A stretch of DNA of 63,812 nucleotides, filler included, from Octopus bimaculoides (taxonomy: Eukaryota), in the NCBI RefSeq assembly GCF_001194135.2. It is 5 parts of 5 records of this genome, joined end to end, with 100 filler letters (N's around TTAATTAATTAA, not from the genome) between each part and the next. Parts side by side here need not be neighbours in the genome. Positions count along the whole stretch, not along the records: positions 1 to 24,548 come from NC_068982.1; 4 more parts are not named here. The stretch is one strand, 5' to 3'. The position numbers and the translations under genes were made by a program. The notes beneath the pieces are model-generated. The model did no database searches and was not told the DNA's origin. It worked only from the letters and a program-made list of their open reading frames with translations. This document shows, piece by piece, positions 1 to 10,740 of this stretch. Numbering within the stretch: the first letter of the stretch is position 1; each line of letters opens with the position of its first letter.

Positions 1-60
1 TCCTCATTTTAATTTTCGAAAAAATTTCCGAGAAAACTGTTCTCACTCTCTACAAGAGGA

Positions 61-463
61 GATGGGATAGATGTAGATGATCAGTATTTTACAGCGAAGC
101 AAAGACGAGTACAGATAGCCAGAGTAAGGTCACTAGAGATCGCTGCACAACGACAGAAAAGACATGAAAACGACCGAAGGAGAGCTGCTGCGCGCAGGGC
201 CAATGAGTAACAAAGGGCACAGGAAAAACGGTTAGGACAATTACGTCAATAAAGTGCAATCCGCAGGAGCCAAGAGTCAAAAATGGAAAGAGAAAAACGT
301 TTAAAGAATGGAAGACAAAAGCAAGCTGCCAGAGTTGCCAATGAGACAATAGGTCAGCAAGAGATGAGACAAAGAAAAGAAACAGGAACAAATAGTTGCT
401 GCAAGACTTCGCCAATCCTCAGAGGAAAGACGTAAGCGTCTTGATCAAGATTGGCTGAATACG
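61..463 (+). mobile_element. Degraded Helitron-like RepHel N-terminal R/E/Q-rich repeat region
   Basis: Frame from 61 reads AKQRRVQIARVRSLEIAAQRQKRHENDRRRAAARRANE*QRAQEKRLGQLRQ*SAIRRSQESKMEREKRL..., then a frameshift to QIVAARLRQSSEERRKRLDQDWL. This resembles the charged tandem repeats at Helitron N-termini. Two stops and a frameshift. Confidence 0.5.
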
Positions 464-542
464 TTTGACAAAAGAGTTACACCTTCAACATATGCCATAT
501 AATTCATCTCCCTTCATAAAAGTGGTAAATTTTGTATTTTCG

Positions 543-544
<2 letters not shown>

Positions 545-581
<37 letters not shown>
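545..581. repeat. (ATT)n microsatellite running into an assembly gap
   Basis: Direct reading. Confidence 0.95.
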
Positions 582-990
582 NNNNNNNNNNNNNNNNNNN
601 NNNNNNNNNNNNNNNNNNNNNNNNNNNNNNNNNNNNNNNNNNNNNNNNNNNNNNNNNNNNNNNNNNNNNNNNNNNNNNNNNNNNNNNNNNNNNNNNNNNN
701 NNNNNNNNNNNNNNNNNNNNNNNNNNNNNNNNNNNNNNNNNNNNNNNNNNNNNNNNNNNNNNNNNNNNNNNNNNNNNNNNNNNNNNNNNNNNNNNNNNNN
801 NNNNNNNNNNNNNNNNNNNNNNNNNNNNNNNNNNNNNNNNNNNNNNNNNNNNNNNNNNNNNNNNNNNNNNNNNNNNNNNNNNNNNNNNNNNNNNNNNNNN
901 NNNNNNNNNNNNNNNNNNNNNNNNNNNNNNNNNNNNNNNNNNNNNNNNNNNNNNNNNNNNNNNNNNNNNNNNNNNNNNNNNNNNNNNNGG

Positions 991-1110
991 CTGTATGAAC
1001 AACAAGCAGGTGTATTAGTCTGACGCACGGGAAGGTGAGAAAGTCTTTTACGTTTCGAGCCTCCGCTCTTCAGCAGAAAGGAATAAGAGAAAATAAACAG
1101 GGAGAGAATT
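991..1110 (-). mobile_element. Dispersed repeat, probably Penelope-like terminal (pLTR) sequence; second copy at about 43785-43915
   Basis: gtattagtctgacgcacgggaaggtgagaaagtcttttacgtttcgagcctccgctcttcagcagaaag matches gtattagtttaacgctcgggaagtgaaaaagtctttaacgttttgagcctacgctcttccacagaaag at 43809-43876. Minus strand has CTGAAGA...GAAAC. Confidence 0.6.
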
Positions 1111-1401
1111 TTAAAAAAAACTTGTGGATTTAACGATCGAGCATGGCGACTGGTTGGGTTTAGATTTGTAATCAGGCATGCTTGGTGAAGGACAAAAAAG
1201 AAAAAAAAAAGAAAAAAGAAAGAAAGGAGAGAAAAAGGCAAAATAATGATTTACGAAGTATAAAAGTTTAAAAAGTCCAAAAGGCGTGAAGAGAAGAATA
1301 AAAGCGAGAAAAGGAGAGAAATGAGGAAGAACAAAAGAGAAGACAAAAGGAAGAAGAAAAGAAGAGAGAAATGCAAAGTAACAACGTACGATATAAGTGA
1401 A

Positions 1402-1813
1402 GTTAATTGCCGCATCAAAGTGGCTAGTCTTGCCAGCTTGTTATCAGTGCGGTGCTGCTCCCTGTACGAACATATATATATATTGCTAGCAGGGGGAGCG
1501 AACCCCTACCATCCTCTAGAAGACAACAGGTTCGCGAGACTGACTCAGTTTCGAGCTGGTTGACTCATCTCCAGTCACGAATACCTGGTCAACAAAGAGT
1601 TAACCAGAGTCCACTTCAGCCAGCATCGGTCGACCAACGGTCAGTGATTTGCAACAAGCAAAGTAGGTAGTTGTAAAATCTCAGGTGACCGATGATAGTA
1701 ACATGGAACAGCCACTTTGATGTGGAGATTAACTTTACTTGTTAATACAGTTACTACTCTGATCTCTTGAGATTTTACAACTAGCTACTTTGGTTGTTGC
1801 AAATCAGTGACCG
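1402..1813. repeat. Cluster of nested and crossing inverted repeats
   Basis: 1638-1682 pairs with 1769-1813 (45 bp, 3 mismatches). 1402-1425 pairs with 1710-1733. 1624-1635 pairs with 1684-1694. 1527-1542 pairs imperfectly with 1571-1587. Confidence 0.85.
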
Positions 1814-3027
1814 ATTGTCTCTTTGTGTACAATATGTTGCTGACTAGAACAGAACCTGGCTATCTCTTTACAGCTAGCATCTTTGATTATACACGCGCGC
1901 GCGCGCGTTTTAATTTAAAAGCAACATTGAACTTTTTAAATGCATATCTTAACATTAACTACCACAGTATATTTATCTAATAAATGGTAATCCGAAGAAT
2001 GGTAAATCCGCTAATGGCTGTAGTAATAAGATATTCTTCCATCATGAAATGACTCGAAAACGAGAATATGAAAGGAATAAAAACGGCTAAATATAATTAG
2101 TAATAGATTATAATATATACTTGAAACCGAAATGCAAGACAGAAAATGAGGGAAAAAATCCTTTTCATGAAATTAAGAATGTGTCTTCGATTTTAGACTG
2201 CATTATTATTTTAACTTAAATTGCAGAAGAATAACAAAGCGGAAGAACATGTTTTGGAAGTAAAGACTAAAAAATGTTGGCGGATGGGTAAGCCAAAATT
2301 CAAGCTGTAAAAGCTAATGTATTTAGTTGGTATGTAAAATATAATTTGTTCTATTCCCATAAAATTCTGATGGGTTTTTCGAGTTTAATTTAGAATTGAC
2401 AAATATATAATATTCAAGAATTTTTATTTGTAAATATATAATGCCGAAGACTGTACCAGAGTTACCGGAAGAGAAAAAATATCACATAGAAACTGATGGA
2501 AAAGACCGGCTGAAATGGATCGATAATACTATATGGTTTGACATATATATATANNNNNNNNNNNNNNNNNNNNNNNNNNNNNNNNNNNNNNNNNNNNNNN
2601 NNNNNNNNNNNNNNNNNNNNNNNNNNNNNNNNNNNNNNNNNNNNNNNNNNNNNNNNNNNNNNNNNNNNNNNNNNNNNNNNNNNNNNNNNNNNNNNNNNNN
2701 NNNNNNNNNNNNNNNNNNNNNNNNNNNNNNNNNNNNNNNNNNNNNNNNNNNNNNNNNNNNNNNNNNNNNNNNNNNNNNNNNNNNNNNNNNNNNNNNNNNN
2801 NNNNNNNNNNNNNNNNNNNNNNNNNNNNNNNNNNNNNNNNNNNNNNNNNNNNNNNNNNNNNNNNNNNNNNNNNNNNNNNNNNNNNNNNNNNNNNNNNNNN
2901 NNNNNNNNNNNNNNNNNNNNNNNNNNNNNNNNNNNNNNNNNNNNNNNNNNNNNNNNNNNNNNNNNNNNNNNNNNNNNNNNNNNNNNNNNNNNNNNNNNNN
3001 NNNNNNNNNNNNNNNNNNNNNNNNNNN

Positions 3028-3057
<30 letters not shown>

Positions 3058-3058
<1 letters not shown>

Positions 3059-3215
3059 TACGACGGGCTTTTTTCAGTTTCCTTCTACCAAATCCACTCA
3101 CAAGGCTCTGGTCGGCCCGAGGCTATAGTAGAAGACCCTTGCCCAAGATGCCACGCAGTGGGAATGAACCTGGAACCATGTGGTTGGTAAGCAAGCTACT
3201 TACCACACAGCCACT
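3058..3215 (-). mobile_element. tRNA-derived SINE family A, head half
   Basis: Minus strand agtggctgtgtggtaagtagcttgcttaccaaccacatggttccaggttcattcccactgcgtggc has A/B-box-like motifs. Near-identical to 38885-39059 and 51470-51611. Confidence 0.9.
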
Positions 3216-4233
3216 GTTAACTTCTTGTAGAAGTTCAACATACACAAGTGCGCACGCACACACCACACACATACACACATACGCACATATACACAAACGT
3301 ACAAAACAGGTTGATATTATTGAAATAATAAAATCTTTGCTTTTTATTATGCATATTTGTAAACGCGTGCGTGAGTGTGTACAAGTGTGTGTGTGCGTGT
3401 AATATACATACATACATGCATACATACATACATACATACATATGCATATATGCATATGTAAAGAGAAAGAAAGCGATGGATTTATTCTTCAGAACATTAT
3501 GGTGCTAATTGACAGCACTGGGTGTTTTTTAGTTAATTTTTAAAATTAAATTATTTGGATAATTATTTAATTACGTAATAAATGAATTTTATAGTACACA
3601 GATAGGGATACTGAGACGATTACTATTAATACTGATATAGTAACTATGAATAGTTAATGCAAATATAATATGCATAAACAATGTGAAGACTCTCTCTTTC
3701 TTTTTCACACACACACAAATAATTCCTAAGCTCAGTTAGTCTGTGTAAACGTTTCGACAGTCCAAGAAGTTCATGTGCGTGAATTTGTTTTCAATGGATA
3801 AAGTGTTTCACAACACTTCTCAGCGCAAACAATAAAATCAGTGGCATAACAAAGGTTGAAATGACAAGAAACCAACTTCACTTCAGGTTTTTTCTACGAT
3901 TCCTAGAAGGAAGTTCTAACGAGAACTAGGGTTCCTTTACTCCCATTGGTTCACATGCTAAACCCATAGCGTGGAACCTAACAGGTGCTTCTACACCGCA
4001 ACAAAGTAGTCCAAGGAACAACAATGGTTAAACGCCTGTGTTAGAATGGTGGCAGCTGATGAAGGAAAATGTTCTCTATGTGGCCTGTGTGTTTTCTGTA
4101 CTTTGGTTATTGTTATTTTTTTGTCTACGTTTTGTTTGCAACGTCCTGTACCCAGATATGCACCTATATACACAAGTAGATGTAGGTATGCACATACTTG
4201 TACGTATATATGCATATACTCATTTATTATTTG

Positions 4234-4271
<38 letters not shown>

Positions 4272-4800
4272 TACATGCAATTGTATCATTGTACACACTC
4301 CCATTCAACTTACGTGGGTATATATTTTGTTGCTTCTTTTCAAGTATTTACATTGTAACATTTATTACGCCCACCAGACCATGACACTTTCTGACACTAA
4401 ATATCTCAAGAGTTATTAAATATCTCCCCATTTGCCACGTATATAATAATCAGCTCTATACTCAGTTCAGAACTGCTGCTTAATTCTAGATACACAGATG
4501 ACATGTAATGTTTGTCATGTGTGTAAACCTTTGAATTTGCTATAGCAACGCTTTACTGAAGCTACTTATGTGGACGGTATTAAGTCTCTGCTATTCTTTG
4601 TAAGGCTGTATTAAATTTATTGCCAACAAATTCTTCAAGTGTGAAAATTTCTTGCATCAATATTGCTTCCTTCTCACACTTACACATTTTCTTAACTCTC
4701 GATGTTAGCATTTCTACGAATAACGTAAAAATGTCCTCCGTACCATATGTTGCAATAGCTATTGAGTTAGTTTTAATAATATTACTATGTGAATAAAATC

Positions 4801-4935
4801 AGTGAGCTGGCAGGATCGTTAGCACATCGGGCTAAATGCTAAGCGGCATTTCCTTCGTCTCTACGTTCTGAGTTATGCTGTGGTCTATAAAATAAGTACC
4901 AGTTTAGCTCCGGAGTTGATGTAATCAACTTACAC
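4801..4935 (+). mobile_element. tRNA-derived SINE family B, partial
   Basis: gtgagctggcaggatcgttagcacatcggg...ataaaataagtaccag, shared with about 12 other copies in the window. Confidence 0.85.
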
Positions 4936-4939
4936 TTAT

Positions 4940-5430
4940 GGCTGAAGCGGGAAGACAAATATGGCTTGAAAGTCATAACATGCCGGCAGGAAAACAACAT
5001 CTTTAGGTGAGACAGGCTGACACTGAATTGGCTTCGCTGATTGACAGGTGACGGTCTCAGTTAGAGCATGCGTGGGCTAAGATTACGCGCTCTCCATTGT
5101 CAGTTAAAGTTTAGACAGTGTCACGTGACAACTTGCTGGGGCAGCCTGCTGGAGCCTAGCATCAGGTATAAAAAGGGGAATTTAACAAGACAGTGAGTCG
5201 GACGCTGACACTCGTTGATGCTGCATCGAAGATGCCAGGGAATAGAAGAAAGAAGACATGCACCCAACACCAGAGCTGAAGACACCTCCGAAAGAGGGGG
5301 GGGGGCGCCACGTCAAAACGTTAGAGGAGTAGGGGTTCCTCCTGATGATGACTTGAGCTAAGTGGATCCTATAAAGGAGCTGTTGTGGTAGCAGACCACG
5401 AAACATGGTTGAAATTCCTCCTGTGTACAG
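4940..5430 (+). mobile_element. GC-richer terminal-repeat-like (Penelope pLTR/LTR-like) segment
   Basis: TATAAAAA at 5167-5174. CTGAAGA...AAAACGTT at 5276-5322. CTGTTGTGGT..ACCACGAAAC at 5380-5404. Shares tagagga(tg)gtaggggttc(g)ctcc with the minus strand of 1495-1518. Confidence 0.45.
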
Positions 5431-5910
5431 TAGCAATTATTTCATGCAACCTGCAATCAGTTGTACTGCTTAGATATAACAATAAGAGTAATAGCGATGG
5501 TTAATGTATCTGGTCTGTGAAAATTCCAGTTGTGTGTGCGAACCTGAAAACGGTTATCCAATCTAACTAAATCTCACACAATATCACTATCTGTGCCGTC
5601 TATATAAGCAGACAATACAGCTTCACAACATTAACGTTTTATTTTCACATCCTCAATAGCGTACTAATAAAATTTATAAAACATTAGTGGTTATATTTCA
5701 CCATAGACGAAGCTGGTGTATGGCTTAACGTGATTAGTAAATTAAACAAGAGATTTTCTTTAAACAGGTGTCTTTACTGTTTGTTAGGCCAATCACTTAC
5801 ATAATGATTTGTGCATAACATTAAGTTAGGTCAATGGAATTCAATGTAAATTATAGTTACGTGAGTCTAAGAATGTGCGTATTTCACAGTAATACTTCAC
5901 CTCGTATTAT

Positions 5911-6102
5911 GGTGGTGAGCTAGCAGAATCGTTAGCCCGCAGGGTATTTCGTCTTCATACATTCCATGTTAAAATTTCGCCGAGGTCAACTTTGAATTTC
6001 ATCCTTTCAGGGTCAATAAAGTATGTACCAATTGAGCAATGGGGTCGATATAAACTACTTTCCTTTTTCCCTGAAATTTCTGGCCTTGTACCAAATTTGA
6101 AA
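5911..6102 (+). mobile_element. SINE family B, near full length
   Basis: ggtgagctagcagaatcgttagc...gccgaggtcaactttgaatttcatcctttcagggtcaataaagtatgtacc...ggccttgtaccaaatttgaaa. The central part resembles conserved metazoan SINE central domains. Confidence 0.9.
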
Positions 6103-7390
6103 TCAAAATTTTACATCATTAAAATCAAACTCTTGATTGTCAGTGATATAATGAGAAAGCTTCAAATCTAGATTGTTAAAATTAGAAAATGGTATTGAGC
6201 TAAAGAAGCAAAATATTACGTTTGGATAATAAAGAGCTATATTCTGATCTTTAGGTATAATTTGAAAACTTCTCAGGAGTTCGAAATTGTGCAATCAACA
6301 ATGAACACAAAACAAGTTATGTTATATTGAGATCGAGTATATATTAACATCGTACACACGATAGTATTTTTGTGAACTTTATTGAAATTAGTAAATATTC
6401 GCAGAAGTAATACTGATTTCAAATTTTGTCACAAGGCTAGCAACTCTGTGTGAAGTGTAAGTTGATTACATCAACTCCGGAGCTAAACTGGTACTTATAT
6501 CAGTTGCTGGTTGAAATTATTCCCTTTCTTGAATACTGCTAATACTATTGGAAAGTGTATTAACATCAGACCTCTAAGTTAATATCTCTTGAAATGAAAG
6601 TTCTTTATATCTATTCAAAAGACACCTTTTTTTTTTATTCCTGTTGTAGGTTAATTGCCTTCTTTCATGATGGATTATTTCATTTCAACAATTTCGTCTG
6701 CGTATCTAGATACAAGTGACTTTTATGGGTACAAAATCCACTTTACCGCTTGTGCTTTGAGAATGTGTAGCTATTGACATAGAGAAAAAGAAAACTTATG
6801 CATAATCCAAATAGCATTGATTAGACTATTCCATTCCGAGAAAGAGAAAAAAAACCCACAAATTTGTTTGTAAGACAGTGTGAATTGATGTATTCTTTTT
6901 ACATACTCGAAAACAAGATAAAATCTTTTTGTTTACTCATGAATATGAAATCTTTCGTTTTATATTTTTCCATGAAGCAACAATGGGCTATTATCTTATT
7001 GTCTCTGGTTCATCTGAAGTTTTAAAGTTTTCATAAGTGAACTTGGAAATGATTAAATTGACCCTTGCATATAAAGGATATATCTATTACGAACATGGAG
7101 AGGGTGGGATGAAAATAAATATGCACTTGATGACATTTGAGCTTAGATCATAAAAGTCACAAAATATATACTGTAAGTTGTCTCGTCTGGCGTGCAAGCG
7201 CCTCTGCTAACACGTAACCTTTAAACATAGAGCTTCCTTTACTACTGTTTTAAACATTTGTTGACAATGAAAATCCAGGTTAAGAGAAAAGAAGAAGTAT
7301 CTTGCATAAACGATGTTACTGATGTGAATTAGTTTGGACAGTTATAGTCTATGAATATTAATTCCAAGACGATTTAGATTAAGCTGTAAC

Positions 7391-7576
7391 AAAATATCCT
7401 AGATATGATATCAAAACCAATTTATAATAGCTTGGATAATGTATGCAATAACAAAATATCCTAGATATAATATCAAAATCAATTTATAATAGCTTGGATA
7501 ATGTATGCAATAGCAAAAATATCTTAGATATGATATCAAAATCAATTTATAATACCTGAATAATGTATGCAATAAC
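7391..7576. repeat. Tandem repeat, 3 x 62 bp
   Basis: Units at 7391-7452, 7453-7514 and 7515-7576 (aaaatatcctagatatgatatcaaaa...aatgtatgcaataac). Confidence 0.95.
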
Positions 7577-7749
7577 AAAAAAATATTGCAAACAACAATT
7601 TTTAATGTATTTACTACATACAATTATTAACTACCTTTAAGTTTCCAACATTCTTTGTGCAAGTTTCTTGTTCATTCAACGTTAAAAAAAAAAACCTTGC
7701 TTTTGCTGTCTTAGATATTTCAGTTTATTTTTCTGAAAAATCTTCTTTA

Positions 7750-7780
7750 ACTCTCTCTCTCTCTTTAACTATCTTTCTCA

Positions 7781-7851
<71 letters not shown>
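7750..7851. repeat. (CT)n microsatellite
   Basis: Direct reading. Confidence 0.95.
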
Positions 7852-7853
<2 letters not shown>

Positions 7854-10059
7854 GTATATATGTGTGTGTGTGTATTGTATGTTTGCGTTGGAACGCTACT
7901 AGATTAAAGTACTTGTGTGGCACTGGTTGAAATATTTTGTCTCAGAGATACTTCTCAAAACAACTTGCGTGCCAATAAACATAGACCTTTGCAGTAAATG
8001 CCGGTGAATCCCCAGAGACGGTGTTTCGATCTACTTTTGTATCCCCACTTTTTCCTGTATAGAAATCGGTAAACAAAACACTTCCTGATTTGTGTAAAAG
8101 CTAGCTATACTAGAACTACATTAATAATAGGACTTGAAATTTCACTAGATAAAAGATAGTCGTGTACATAACGTTTAAAGTGATACACACGCGGAAAGAC
8201 GCTAACCGTGATGTTTTGTCTTGGAGAAACTTCTCGAAGAGACATGTCACTGAGGACGCCAAGCTATGTCAAAACATCGTGTCTAGCGATCCAGATATCC
8301 GGAACGAAGCTGCCCTAAATTTTTAATACAAAATCTCTTTGGGAAGGTACTTGGAGACATAATATTATTGCTAATATCGCTCTACTTTTGCACATATATT
8401 ATAAATGTTATACATACTGTATGTATGTATGTATGTGTGAGTGTGTGTGTGAGTGTGTGAGTGTTTGTGGGAGTGTGTGTGTAACGTGAAATTTTTGTCG
8501 ATGCTGTAACCATAAAAGAAGGCAATCTATGGAAACTGTTGTCATCTACCTTAATTTAATAGTAGTTTTCCTTTCACACGAATTTATCTATTTAGGCAGT
8601 GTCATCCAGTTGTTGCTGTTTGGTTTTGTAAAACAAATATCTCTTACAGTTTGAATTACAAGGATGTGGAATACGCGACGTTCAAAGCCTTCCTGAAGAG
8701 CAGAATAGTGATGTTGTTTTGCTTGGGAATTAAGGCGCTTTGATTGACAGTAAAAAAAAAAAAATCAAACATTCATTTGTTTATAATGTAAAAGATACTT
8801 TCCCTCATCAATAGAATCAAGGTACATAAATACTGGATGGGTTACGTTTTAATTTAATTTCGCCAACTTAAATGGCTACCCAGAAAATGCTCACTCGAAA
8901 ATTGCAATGACTCGTATTTGATTAAGTGTTTCGTTATCAAATAATGATTATGTTTTAGGTTCAAAAACTCAACCTGTATTCACACATGCAGTCAGTAAAA
9001 GATAATCACACCCAGGTACGTACCCTTGTTTACAAAAAATTCAGGAAACTGGTTACTTTTTATCACTCAAACGTGATTTAGTCAGAATGTTGACTAGATG
9101 CGTAGTTACTACAATATGGACAAAGGAAAGTAAGTCTTCTGGACACTAAGAAACTTCTTACTATATCCATGTTTTATTTTATATCTACTCTATGTACGAT
9201 TTGATAAACATTTTAAAATGAACCGGTGATATTTACTTTGTTATTACACCACTATAACTCTGCTAAATCCTTTGTACAGAGAGACAAAGACTCTAGTATG
9301 AATTTAAGGTGGTGAACACTTTAGATATGTTGTTGGTAGTACAACATGAAAACCAGAAATTCCAGAACGATTGAGTTTCTGTAAAGCACGGAAAGTCGCG
9401 GTGTTCTGAATGGAGACTTAGTGTGATTCTTGTTAGAAATTTTAGTGGAAAGAAATTTCTTCCCAAGTGGTGAGAAGGCACATATATACTTATCTGAGAT
9501 GAATCGCGATCACATATATTTCCAAGAAACGAAAGTGGTCGAAACAGAGAGAAGATTTTCGTTGCGTCAAAATGATTATTCAATAAGTTGTGGTATCAAT
9601 TGAAACAATGTTTGTAGATATGCTGCAGAAACTTAAATGGAAAATTATGTAATTTTTAGATGCTAAACTACATGGAAGGAAAACTTTCAAATTCGATCGA
9701 CGCAGTATATTACCAGTAATATTTTATAGATTCCAATGAGATAAATGAAGGCAAACGTGGAATATAAAGCTTTAAGCATTCACTTTACCATGCCTGCATA
9801 TTCAGCTGAATGTACTTGAGGTAAATTTTGTACAGCTGAGTGCTCTTCCTGTCGCCAACTTTTACTCGTTTTGAAATGAGGTAATAATTTCCTTAATCCT
9901 TCGTATACGAACAATACAATGACTGAAAATATCACATGAGATTGCAAAAAAGCGATGCTGCTTGTGTAGTGGTGACATTCGTTTAAAATTAACAGATAAT
10001 ATCAAGACAAAGGGACACAAAAGGTCACGAAAACCACATATGTGTATGTGTATTTTTGT

Positions 10060-10115
10060 GCACGCTCTGCATGACCGCATTCTAATGACTGAAACAAGTA
10101 AAAGAATAAAAGAAT
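10060..10115 (+). mobile_element. SINE family A 3' tail fragment (another at 12817-12874)
   Basis: gcatgaccgcattctaatgactgaaacaagtaaaagaataaaagaat matches the reverse complement of 38496-38540. Confidence 0.8.
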
Positions 10116-10499
10116 GTGCATATGTGCGTGTGTGGGTGTGAGTGTGCGTGTGTGTATGTGCGTGCATGTGTATAGTAAATTATCGTTGCTGTTACTCCAA
10201 AGCTTTTTCATTCAAATTATATATAACAATGTAAAGATGGCGATTTACTGGCAACGACGATTACAGAAATAAACTATAATTACTCAACTTTCTCTGTTCA
10301 AATTCATCTCGATTGAATCTGACGCTGATGGTTCTTCGTATTCTGTATTTAAGAAACCAGACATTATTCTCTGCCAAATATTGAAATTGAAACTCTACGA
10401 TATATTTATTTTAAATCTATTTTGACATCAAGAACCTCGATTCTTGTATCTGTAAACGATTAAAGATAATGGCGAATTTAATTGAAAACACCATTGCTT

Positions 10500-10740
10500 C
10501 AAATAGATTAAGCACTAAGGGTCATTGTTATTTTTACCCAAGTCAGATCTGATTGAGCAGGCCTATGGTCAAGGATATTCTAGACGTAAGCATCCAGTTC
10601 TTTATGGTGATTTAAAAATACAGTTTCCAATGTTTCTTCCTTTTTTTTAAGATAGTCGGATGTGAACAGAGGGGGAATTTGCGTTGCTATTCCTTTCATG
10701 TCACACAGCCACACAGAGGGAACTTCGTTGTTTGCTCAGA
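10500..10740. mobile_element. Dispersed SINE-like repeat family D; related pieces at about 28145-28200, 28385-28435, 28565-28600 and 39375-39440
   Basis: Shared motif ctgattgagcag(a/g)cctatg(g/a)tcaa(a)gg(c/a)tattc. Confidence 0.6.

Noticed and set aside
4054-4085. Hammerhead at CTGATGAAGGAAAATGTTCT
   Set aside because: No GAAA after the putative stem II.
7391-7576. CRISPR-like array
   Set aside because: Contiguous 62-bp units with no unique spacers; eukaryotic context.
8260-8295. Hammerhead at CTGAGGACGCC...CAAAACATCGTGTC
   Set aside because: Stem II and GAAA are both broken; at most a distant relic.
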